49,511 bases of DNA from Reclinomonas americana ATCC 50394 (Eukaryota): contig PS015114.1 of NCBI GenBank assembly GCA_048213135.1, positions 82,237 to 131,747 of the forward strand, given 5' to 3'. Under the pieces are notes generated by a model, which searched no databases, was not told the origin of the DNA, and saw nothing but the letters and a program-made list of their open reading frames with translations. A program made the position numbers and the translations under genes. Numbering within the stretch: position 1 is the first letter of the stretch; every line of letters begins with the position of its first letter. Shown here piece by piece: positions 1-11,282 of this stretch.

Positions 1-46
1 GCACTCCATGTTTTGTTGCGCCACTCATTTTTCTCTCGTTATGCAG

Positions 47-2335
47 GAAAACCGCGAAAGCGAGTGCGATGGGCGTCGGCGGACAAGTTGGAGCAGGTGC
101 GCGTCTTCAAGAAGGAGCTGCCGTACGAGGAACCGGCGACAACCGCAGCGGCAGCGGCCTCTGGGGCCTCTGGGGCCTCCGCAGTTGGTCTGGGCTTTTT
201 TACCGGCCTTGTCGGTTCCCATGCACCCGGGTCAATGCCTGCCGCGTCGGGCGGTGAGCGACAAGGCGGTGCAGATGGTCGCGGCACGATGACTGCCGCG
301 CAATGGGAACGCTTTGTGGAGAAGCAGAAGCGTGTGGAGGAGCACGACCGCAGAGTGCAGGCGTTGCGAGAGATGCGACCGTCGATTGCGTGGTACTCGC
401 CACAGCGTGTTGCCGTGAAAACAGAGCCGGCATTCGATGGCGATGCAGACGTGTCGGCTCTCGGCAGCGGCGATTATTCGACGGAACGCGTCGAGCAGCC
501 TGCCCGCGAACAGACTTTGATGCCGTTTACTGGCCGTCTGCTCCTCGAGGTGCCCTCTGATCCACAAGAACCAATGAGTGAGCGTGCGAATCCAGCGGCG
601 ATGGCCGTCGATCCGCTCATCGGCGTGGTCGTGTTCCCGGCTGGCGATGAAGTTGTGTGCGACAATGCTGCTGCCAGCCTTCTCACTCTTCCTTGTTCAA
701 GTGCCCTCACTTTCCGTTTTTGTCTTCGTTTTGCAGCCGGTTACCGCACAGTCGCCACAGTTGGGTGGTACGGCCGGTTCACCGGGCGTGCACGGTATTC
801 TCGTGCACCACTGGGGCGGCATGGCAGCTCCACCGGCGTATGCACCTCCACCACCACTGCCCTCTGGTCCTCCGCCACCTGGACGGTATGCGCCTGTGCC
901 CCCACCGTACCCGCCGCCGCCTGGGCCTCCACCACCAACGGCAGCACCCCTCTCCGCTCAGCCACCTGCGACGGTCGCTCCCGATCTGTCCAAATTGGTC
1001 AGCATTCTGCAGCAGTCCGCCATTTTGCAACAGCAGCAGCCTTCGTCGTCGTCGGGTGCTCCGCCACCACCACCACCAGCTGTGCGACCAGCAGTGCCAC
1101 CACCACAGCCACCGCCTGCCGCTGCGGTGGCCGCGCCGAATGCACAGAGTGCACTGTTGAGCATGCTGCAGATGGTGTTGAGTTCGANNNNNNNNNNNNN
1201 NNNNNNNNNNNNNNNNNNNNNNNNNNNNNNNNNNNNNNNNNNNNNNNNNNNNNNNNNNNNNNNNNNNNNNNNNNNNNNNNNNNNNNNNNNNNNNNNNNNN
1301 NNNNNNNNNNNNNNNNNNNNNNNNNNNNNNNNNNNNNNNNNNNNNNNNNNNNNNNNNNNNNNNNNNNNNNNNNNNNNNNNNNNNNNNNNNNNNNNNNNNN
1401 NNNNNNNNNNNNNNNNNNNNNNNNNNNNNNNNNNNNNNNNNNNNNNNNNNNNNNNNNNNNNNNNNNNNNNNNNNNNNNNNNNNNNNNNNNNNNNNNNNNN
1501 NNNNNNNNNNNNNNNNNNNNNACCAGGCGGTCCTCGGCCGCCGTACGCACCACCACCACCTCCGCAGTCACAACCTGCACATCCGGGTGCGTACGGGGCC
1601 CCGGCACCACCGCCGCCGCTGCCTCCTTCGTCGCAGCAGCTCCCGCCGTACGCCATCCCCTCGTATGCTTCGCCGCCTCACGGTGACCCGCGCTACGGTG
1701 GCGGACCGCCACCTCGTTACTCGCCGGTGAGTTGCTTGTGTGTGTGCACACCACCGCGCCTCTTGTCACTGCGATACTCACTGTCCTCTGTTCTCTCTCG
1801 TGTGTGTGTGCAGGAGCGCGATAGAGGAGACTCGCAAGGCCGTGGAGGACCACCGCCATCATCTCGCGAATCACGGAGGAGATCACCCTCACCGTCGCCA
1901 CCCCGTTCGTCGGGAGCCGGTGCTCATCGACCCAGTATCCCTGCCAAGTGTCGCTTCTACTCGTCGGCGCGTGGCTGCCGCGAGGGCAACGAATGCAGAT
2001 TCATTCACGAAGAGCAGTCGGCACGAGGCCACTCACCATCGCGACGTCGAGGACACAGCCCGTCGGAGTCGCCGCCTCGCTCTCGTGATCGCGATCGTGA
2101 GGGCGACCGTGACCGTGACCGCGGTCGCGACCGAGACCGCGACCGAGATCGAGACCGAGAGCGTGATCGGGACCGCGATCGAGACAATCGAGATCGCGGT
2201 GATCGTCGCCGCGGAGGCAGTGGCTGGGATCGTCGCATGGAAGTCGATGACCACACGCCTCCACCACTACTTGCCGGCGATGGTGGCCACCCGTCGGGTG
2301 GGAATTGGTCGAACCAACCCCATCACATGCAATGA
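47..2335 (+). CDS. PPP1R10: PNUTS/PPP1R10-like PP1 regulatory subunit, 3' part (starts upstream of window); multi-exon, spans gap 1188-1521
   Basis: PP1-docking RVxW motif (KRVRWASADKLEQVRVF) followed by PNUTS-like blocks (IAWYSP, GDYSTERVEQPAREQ, VPSDPQEP), a Pro-rich region, a CCCH finger (CRFYSSARGCREGNECRFIH) and an RD/RS tail. Introns 652-736 and 1727-1813; stop TGA 2333-2335. Confidence 0.75.
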
Positions 2336-2408
2336 ATGAATGAGAAACACACAACAGTTGTCCGTCCTCGTCGTCGTCGGTGTCCTTTCTCCGTCCATTC
2401 TTCCTCTC

Positions 2409-5400
2409 ATGAGCCGACGCGGTGCGTGGTGTTCATGCGTGTGTGTGTGCATGTCAACGCAGTGTCTCCCCTCTTCCACACAGCACAGCACTCACTGAAC
2501 GCCAAACAGTGCGCACCGACGACGGCGATGATGTCGCGCCTTTTCTGCTGAATCGCGGACCCGACGACTACGACGACGACGACGGCGGCGACGACGATGA
2601 CGAGGGCACCTGCGATCTCGGCACTGGTGCGCATCACGCGAACAGCCAAACGCAGATGTCACGAGAAACGTCTCACATGCATTCACACACACGCACACAC
2701 ATGCAGGTCGCGCGTCGCCAGTGGGCGAATCAGGTGCATGGAGTGCCTATGCTCTTCCGCCTGCCGCCGCGGCCGCAGCAGCTGCAGCTCGCATGACGGA
2801 AGACGACGAGATTTTGGTGAGCCTGCGTGTGTGACTGAGTGCAGCAGTGCATGCATTGTTCCGCCGCCGAACTCTGATGCATGCTCTCGCACGCAGTTGG
2901 TGCGGCAAGCACTTGGATACCGGCGATCGTGGTGTCTGACCGCTCTCTTTGTGCTGCTGTCGCTGTGCACGTGTGGCATTCTGCTGCTGCTGTCACATTG
3001 GATTCCGAGGTTGTTTGTGGCACTGACGCATGTGCGGTGTCCGTTCTCCAAGGCCACGGCGGTGTTGATTATGGTGCGCCTGTTGGCGTGAGGTGGTGCA
3101 TCTTTTGTGGTCACTGCGTGTTGAGCGATCGTTACGCGCGTGCAGGATGTCAATCACGAGTGGCAGCTGTGTTCGGTTCAGCCGCTGCGCATTCCGCTGC
3201 GTGCTGTGGACGAGGAGTGCGATGGAGACGTGGAGACTGTGCGCATGTTTGAGTTCCGCTGCGCGCGTTTCTTTTACAATCGCGCCCGCGACGCATTTGA
3301 GCAGCGACAGTTGCGTCGACAGCACAACGAATACACTCCATGTTTACTTGCTCACACCGGCTGCAGCTTTGAGTCGGCTCTGCCATACGGCACCCTTCAT
3401 GAGCGATATGCACGAGGGCTGGGTACGCAGCAGTGGCGACAGGCGCTGGTGGCGTTTGGCGAGAATGTGATCGACATCAAGGTCAAGAACTGGCTCCTCT
3501 TGCTGATTGACGAGATTCTCCATCCGTTCTACGGTGCAGCCGATGCTTCTCTGTTATGCAGACTACCAACTAACACTCGTCGTTGACATGGCGCAGTGTT
3601 TCAAATCTGGAGTGTGGTGGTGTGGTCGCTCGACCAGTACGTTCCGGTGCGTGTCGCTTCTACTGCCTTCACTGTTTGTCAGGTTTCTCATGCTCCCGGT
3701 CCCTTATCGCAGTATGCCATGGCGATTCTCGCTGTGGCCACCCTGTCTGCTGTCATCTCCCTGATCGACACACGTCGCAATTTCATCAATCTGCGGCAAA
3801 TGGCCCGACACGAGTGCGCAGTGACCGTGTACCGCGGTGGACAGTGTTGCGTATACTTGCTTTGTATCCTCTCGTGCCAGTGAGCTGACATGCACCGTAC
3901 ATGGCAGGGATGGAGGTGTCGTCACTCACGCTCGTGCCTGGCGATCTCATCGAGTTGCACGACAACATGTACATGCCGTGCGACGTTGTTCTTCTCAGGT
4001 TAACACTCTCTCGCAAGTGCGTCGTCAATTTGTGATGCGCCACTGAAGCACTCTCTTTCATGCACAGTGGCCAAGTGGTGGTGAACGAGAGTTCACTCAC
4101 TGGTATGTTGGGAAACAGAAAGTTTTCTGTGCGTGTATAGTGCACCGCGTCGTCACTCACTTCTTCAACAGGCGAGTCGATTCCCGTGATCAAGACTCCG
4201 CTGCCGACGAATTCCGCACCAGCGCAGCTCTACTTGGTGGAGGAGGACAAGAAGCAGACGCTGTACGCCGGCACCGTCGTCATCCAGACGCGCAAGTATC
4301 ACGCCGCCCGCGTGTCGGCGTTTGTGTGTCGCACCGGTTTCTCCACCGCCAAGGGCAAGCTCGTTCGCTCCATCTTGTTCCCCAAGCCCACCTCGTTCCG
4401 CTTCTACCAGGACGGCTGGCGCTTCATTGGAGTTCTGGCTTGCATCGGTGTGTGGTCGTGTCTAGAAGATGAGTCAACGCGTGTGTATGCTTACGCTGTT
4501 CGCGCAGCACTTCTGGGCTTCGGCATCAGTCTCATTGGCTTCATCCAGCGCGGTGTGCCAGTGACTGAGATCCTCTTGCGCTGTGCCGATCTGGTGACAG
4601 TGGTGGTTCCGCCAGCGTTGCCGGTGAGCATTCACGGTTGCATGCACGTGTGAGCTGTCGCGCGCACTGGGATGGTGACGCGTTTGATGCAGGTGGCCAT
4701 GACGGTCGGCACCATGTTTGCCATCAGTCGCCTGAAGAAGAAGCAAATCTTCTGCATCAGTCCGCCGAGGTGATTGTCTGTTGTTGCTGATAAGATCGTC
4801 ACCAAAGCACACTGACTCATCGTTCTCCTCCCTTGCGCAGAGTCAACGTGGCAGGCAAGGTCAACATTTGCTGCTTTGACAAGACCGGAACACTGACAGA
4901 GGAGGGTCTCGATGTGGCCGCCGTGCGCTGTGTCCATCTGGCCAGTGGCAGGTGCATCTTTATCTCTTGAACACGAATGTGTACCCAGTTACAAGCTTCT
5001 CATCGTCGCGCTGCAGGCACGCCGCGTTTGGCGAACACCTCCCGTCACTGGCGGCCATTCGCCAACCGCATCTGTTGGAGCGCGCCATGGCCGTGTGCCA
5101 CGGTCTCACCTACGTCAACGGCGATCTGATTGGCGATCCGCTGGAGCAAAAGATCTTTGCCAGCACGGACTACGTGATGGAAGAGTTCCATTCAGGTCAC
5201 GTCCACGATCAGCATGTGCGTGCTGTCATTCACGGGCCACGCGAATCCATCGAGGTAAGGCATGCACGTTCCATTCTGCTCTCCGCGATTGTCGTCTCAC
5301 TGCCCACCAGCATGGAATCGGCGTACTGCGACGCTTCGACTTCTCCAGTCACTTGCAGCGCATGAGCGTGCTCACTCGCGCCATGTCGGACAGTCAGGAT

Positions 5401-8400
5401 TCTGTTCTCTACATCAAAGGCTCACCCGAGCGACTGCAGGAGCTTGCACGCCCAGAGACTGGTGTGTATGTGCGTGACAGAACTGCAGTTTCCCATCAAT
5501 CAGTCTGACACGCCAATGTGCAGTGCCGGCGGACTTTAACGACATTCTCGACGCATACACTAGCTGTGGCTTCCGCGTGCTTGCGTATGGTATGCGTCAG
5601 TTGGACAACACAGCCGTCGCCCCCGATTCTGTGCAGAGGTGGGTCACTGCAAGACATCAGGTGTGTTCTCATGGGTGTTGTTGAGTCTGACTGTCTCGCA
5701 GAGAAACGCTGGAACGCGATATTGTCTTCCTGGGATTGGTGGTCATGCAGAATCGGCTGAAGCCCGACACGAGTGGTCACATTCAGGCGCTGCTCGATGC
5801 TGGTCTTCGTGTGGTCATGGTCACTGGTGAGAAGCAGCGGACTGTGTCGAGAACCGTCGCAACGAAGAACTCACCAAGTGTGTATGGCACAGGCGACAAC
5901 ATGCTCACGGCTGTCAAGGTGGCCAAGGACTGTCACATCTTGCAGGAATCGCGCCGCACATTCATCTGCGATCGCGTCGAGAGTGCTGGAGGTGGCCGAG
6001 CACGTGTCGAGTGGAGAGATGCCCGCGACCCGCGAGTGACGCTCGACCCCGAAACGCTTGTGGTGTGTTGCCACTGCTCCTCGTGTCTCTCCACCTCTAT
6101 CCGAAATTAATGCTTCCGCCCTGGTGCAGCCTTCACGGCCGGTTGGCGAGTTTGAGCTCGCGGTGACGGGTCGAGCATTCGAGCTGCTCGAGAAAGATCA
6201 CTCGGCCGACCGTCCGTGCGCACTCTTCCAACGCATGCTGGCCGGCACTCCGGTGTTTGCTCGCATGAGTCCACAACACAAGTCTCGCCTCATGGAGCGT
6301 TTCACGGAAATGGGCTATGTGTCGTGCATGTGCGGAGATGGTGCCAACGATTGCGGAGCACTCAAGGCTGCTCACGTGCGTGGGGAGAGAATGGGAGATG
6401 CTGCCATAATTCTCGTGCGTTGTGGTTGAAGTTACTCCGTGCAGGTGGGAGTATCGCTGTCGGAAGCCGAGGCCTCGATTGCGGCACCGTTCACATCCAA
6501 GCTCAATTCAGTCGGCTCCGTGATCACCCTGTTGCGCGAGGGCCGTGCGGCACTGGTGACTTCGTTCTCATTGTTCAAGGTCAGTGCGTGTGTTTCACGC
6601 GAACTCATGAAAGTTATTGTACGCTCACCCTGTGGCGTATTGCAGTACATGGCGCTGTACTCGATGATCCAGGTGTGTAAGGCGCTCGTTTCCTGAGAAT
6701 GATATATTGATATTAATCTTTTGCGTGTGCAGTTCATCTCTGTGATGGCGCTGTACCACATCAACAGGTGAGTGTGCTTGTACCTCATTCCGAAAGTTGT
6801 CTGCTGCCATTATTGAGTCTCGTGTACGTGTGTACGTGCAGCAACCTGGGCAACTGGCAGTTCTTGTTGCGTGCCATTGCCGTTTTTGCAATCGTGCTCG
6901 GGTAAGAGAATCACTCATCTGTTTTATGTGCTTTCTGTACCGATGCAGCTACATTGGTGAGTCGCGTGACGCATTTGTGCTCACCGCGTTGCTTCTTTGC
7001 TAAGCCGTCTGCTGCAGACCTCATTCTGGTACTTCCCGTCACCCTGGCAAGTTGCGGATCATCCTATTCGGTCGCCTTGCGTGGCGTATTTCACTCACAC
7101 TTGACATGCAGTGGGCTACACACACGCATATCCAACGCTGGATCGGAAGAGGCCACCGGGTTCGCTCATTTCACGCAAGATCATGGTGTCGCTTTTCGGT
7201 CAAATCTTGGCCTCTCTTGGCTTCCAGGTTGGTGGCGATCGAATGGGATCTTGCTTGCTAATGCACGTCACCTCACGTGCATGTGTGCTTCTCCTCACAG
7301 CTGCTCATCTGGTTCTATCTGCGGACACAGTCGTGGTGCGCATGTTCGCGTCTCGTCATCGCCGCACAACCAACCTTCTCACACGTTTGTTTTGCATGCA
7401 TGCAGGTTCCATCCACTAATCCCCGATCCGCACAGTCCCAACATTGTGTGCTACGAAACCACCAGCGTCTGTGCGTGCCACCTCTCTCACTTTCGCTTTG
7501 AGTGTGTCTTCCGTCCACTCACGTATTCTGCCTCACCCACAGTTGTCATTGCAAATTACCAGTACTTGTGGACCGCACTCGCCTTCAACTCTGGACGACC
7601 GTATCGGCGTCCTCTGTACACCAATCGTATGTTGCCGTCGCCAATGCATCTTCACCGAGTTGTTCTCCCTCCCTCAACCTCACTCGTCTTGGTAATTCAC
7701 AGTGCTGCTGGTCGTGTCGCTGCTGGCGAATCTCGGCCTGTGTGTGTACATGACATTCGGCACCGATAAGCCCGTGATCTACAACATTATGCAGCTGGAT
7801 AGCATGCCGCTGCGTTTCCGTCTGATCATGCTGGGTGTTGCCTTGGTGAATCTGCTCGTCCACGTTGGCTGCGAATGGCTACTGGTCCCGCTGGCGTGCT
7901 GGAAGCGACTGCTGCCACGCTGCAACTGCTGCTGCTCTAGTCGCGGCAAGGTGCGCGAGAAGGCAAAGGTCCGCCCAAAGCACATCCACGACGGTAGCTC
8001 GGTGGTTGCGCCAAGTGGACGCACCGTCCTGTCCTCGTCGGCATACACCAGCTCCTACGGTGGCACCGACCGCCTTGCTGCTGCAGGCATTCTGGACGAG
8101 GTGCTGTGGATTCCCTCTCACCTTTTTCGTTTCTCTCCGTCTCTTTGCTGACTCGACGACAGATCACCATCCCCGCTGTGCGACACACCACCGGCGCCAT
8201 GTACGATCCCCTCAAGGACCGTTTCGCCATCTCCGGTGCTGGCAAGTGCTGTTCGTGCTGTTGTTGTTGCGCACCGACGAACAAGCACGAAGAACTCGAC
8301 TCGCTGCTCGACCTGGAGGAACTCGACGCCGCCGAGACTGTCAGCAACGCACCCGTGCCGGCCAAGTGTTACAAATCTCGGCGGGTAAGTCGCCAGCTCG

Positions 8401-8515
8401 TCGTTGTGGTTGCACTTGATTGTGTTCTGAGTGCGCCAATCGCGTGTGCACACAGACCGAGTTCGAGAGTCTGTGGCACGCCACCTCGCTGCCGCCGAAA
8501 GATCAGCAAGTGTGA
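2409..8515 (+). CDS. P5B-type cation/polyamine-transporting ATPase (ATP13A2/3-like), more than 25 exons
   Basis: Spliced translation gives [27 protein letters not shown] (P5B-type), [82 protein letters not shown] and NLGNWQFFYIDL. ATG 2409 (exact start less certain), stop 8513-8515. Confidence 0.95.
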
Positions 8516-8594
8516 CACCCGCCACCCACAATCGCCCAATCTAAGTATTAAATGTTAACTGATTCTTTTTCTCGTCGGGTACCGTGAGAGAGAT

Positions 8595-10914
8595 TCAAGC
8601 CGTCAGAGACTTCCAGTAATCGGCCTCGAAGTAGGGATATCTGCATAATTGATGTGATGAAGTGAGAACGGACACACACTCTCTCTCTGTGCGCCATTCT
8701 GCTCGCACGCAACCGATACAGCTGGTGCTGGCGGAAGAAGCAGTCGGGATTCAGATCGGCCTCTTCGCCAGCCGGCAGCGGGGACTTGGGCTTGCCGAGG
8801 CGCTCAATCTCCTCCACGTCGGAGGTAAACCACACCTCTGGCTGCGTCACGTGACTCCACGAACGCTCCATTTCCACCATCTGTGGGGGAAAATGGCAGT
8901 CAATCAGTTCATGAACCAGGGGCTTGTGTGAGATCGGGACGTGCTCGGCGCGCAACGTTGCATTGATTCTGCGATGCAATCGCCCAGCCATCAGTGAGAG
9001 ATATGCTTGGCAATCCAGGAGAGACAGAGACACACATACCTTGGGGTCAAAGTCAAACGTGGGCGGAATGCGCGTGAGATACTCCTCGCGCCAGTTGACG
9101 GCTCGCACAGCACCCTGCTTCTCAAAGTGTGTCCACAGCCACTCAATGGAGTCGCGTTGTGGCGTGCGTCGAGCCACCGGCACCTGTATCGACTCGTGAG
9201 AACGCGGTGATAAAAACAAGTGCGAAAAGAAGCACAGCACACGTACCACGTGCTCCGGAAGAATCTCAATGACCACGTTGTGAACGCGGTGCTTGGCAAA
9301 CAGGCCCTCCATTCCCTGCAACACCTCCTGCTGCAGGCCTTCGACGTCGATCTTGATCAGCAGCACGTCCTCGTCGATCAAATCCTCCAGTGCCACCGAC
9401 TCGATGTCGGGCTCTTCGCCAGCGTCAGCTGGGCGCACAGCACTGCCCATGAATGTCTAACACACGCGATGGAATGAGTCGTTGGACGTGAACACACACA
9501 TGCAGTCTCGCAACCATCGTACCTCGGTGATGAGAACATACGGCGTGCCGCTCTTGCTCATCACGGGGTTCTCAAAAACGCGCACTAGTCCCTCGAGACC
9601 GTTGAGGGCGGCGTTGAAGCGAATCAGTGACGCCAGCGAGGGAATCGGCTCGAACAGCCACGCACGGCAGCCGAGCGAGGCCGCCATCAGTCCAAAGTAA
9701 CCAAAGTTGGCCTGCACAAACCCCGCAGTGAACATCGAAGCACACAACAACGACAGCATGCCAGTGCACGCAACGCCAACGTCGATGACAAGTGGTGCCG
9801 GCTGTTGCTTGCAGCGCTCGTGCAAGATACGGTGGAACACGGCGGTCTCGGTTTGCGCCCACAATCCGCTTCGCAACAACATCTGCACACACACACGCAG
9901 CGACAATCAGTTGCCGCAGACAACCCCACACGAACGCACATGTATGATAACGAACCACTGTCTGCTCGTTGTGCATCACCGACAGGACCAGTGGCGGCTG
10001 CGTCTTGGTGATTGTCGTCTGCATCAGCGGTCTCTGTGTGCGCGCGCCATCGTCAGCACAGCAGCGACCACAGAGAGAGCCTCGGATCACACCACTCAAC
10101 GCCCATGATCTCGTAATCCGCCGCCCACTGCGCCCTCGCATCGCCCGTCAGCTCGCGAACACCACGCGACCGCAGCACCGACTCTGTGTGCCCACCAAGC
10201 CCCGCAGTCGCCTGCTCATTGCTCTGCATGCACCGTCAGCAGCTGTCACAGGCTCGGCTCTCTTCCCTCCTGTGCCACGTAACTTCCAGCACACGAGCAG
10301 CAGCTGCCTTCTTGCGACTGGCCGTGAGCAAGCGCGACGAATCGCGGTAGACCATGGACGGAACCCACGACAAGCGCTGCGGAACCGACTTGTCGCGCAT
10401 CGCTCGCTCGACCACCTCATCAATCTGATCGCCTTCTCGCAGAGTCACACTGCCGCGGATGGTCGTCGGTTGCCCGTTCACCACATCGCGCACAGAAAAG
10501 GTCGTGTCGAAGCGCCTGCGACACAAGAGAGTGAGAGTGTGCATGGGAGCGGAGGGAGAGAGCTGAAGTGACTGACCAGCGAGCAGCATATGCGGGGTAT
10601 GCACTCTCGTCAGTGGCAGTGACCAGTGACACAGCGCACACCAGCAACAATGAGCAGACAACGAGCACCGGAAGAACAACCCGCGCGCGTCGCATATGAT
10701 CAGATGAGAAATGGCGGGAAAGTATGTGCGAAGTTGAGAAGCTGCTGTGCATTACTGCTCCATGGTATGCTCCAGTGTAATGGGCAATGGTGTCGCGAAC
10801 GAGACGGCGTTGATGTATGCTAGGAGTGGAGGTATCTGCGACGTCGACTTTCGAACGTCGACGTCGAGCAACTTGCTCTTCTCTCTTTCTCTCCGCAGCA
10901 TCGTCATCTGCCAT
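8595..10914 (-). CDS. FkbM-family SAM-dependent methyltransferase with an N-terminal hydrophobic anchor
   Basis: Spliced motifs VIDVG|ANFGYFGLMAASLG, LFEPIP and VLLIKIDVEG. Hydrophobic segment VVLPVLVVCSLLLVCAVSLV. Start is either 10914 (MADDD) or the in-frame ATG at 10695. Last exon YPYFEADYWKSLTA*, stop 8595-8597. Confidence 0.8.
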
Positions 10915-11020
10915 TGTACACAAGACATAGATGTGTAATGCACTCTCGGGTCCATGCTTTTTCACAAGGAGGACAATCGGAACATTGCATGCCAGCCCTC
11001 CGTCTTCCAGTTTGTGTTTG

Positions 11021-11246
11021 ATGGGAGTTCCGGGCCTGCTGAATGTCGTCTGTCGTGACGTGCAGCCTGATCGTGTGCGCGTAGTGGTGCCTCCAGGCTC
11101 CACACTCGCAGTGGACGGAACTGGGCTGGCGTTTTGGCTGTACACTTGTGGAGTGGTGAGAGCGCACTTGCAAGTCTCTTTCTGACTCACTCACTCATTG
11201 TGTGTGTGCAAGTAGTTCCCCAGTGCAGCAGGCAGCGATGTGTGCG

Positions 11247-11282
<36 letters not shown>

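Noticed and set aside
2085-2200. Regular GACCGN repeats as an array or CRISPR
   Set aside because: They encode the Arg-Asp dipeptide tail and have no spacers. I saw no CRISPR, rRNA, tRNA or transposase in the window.
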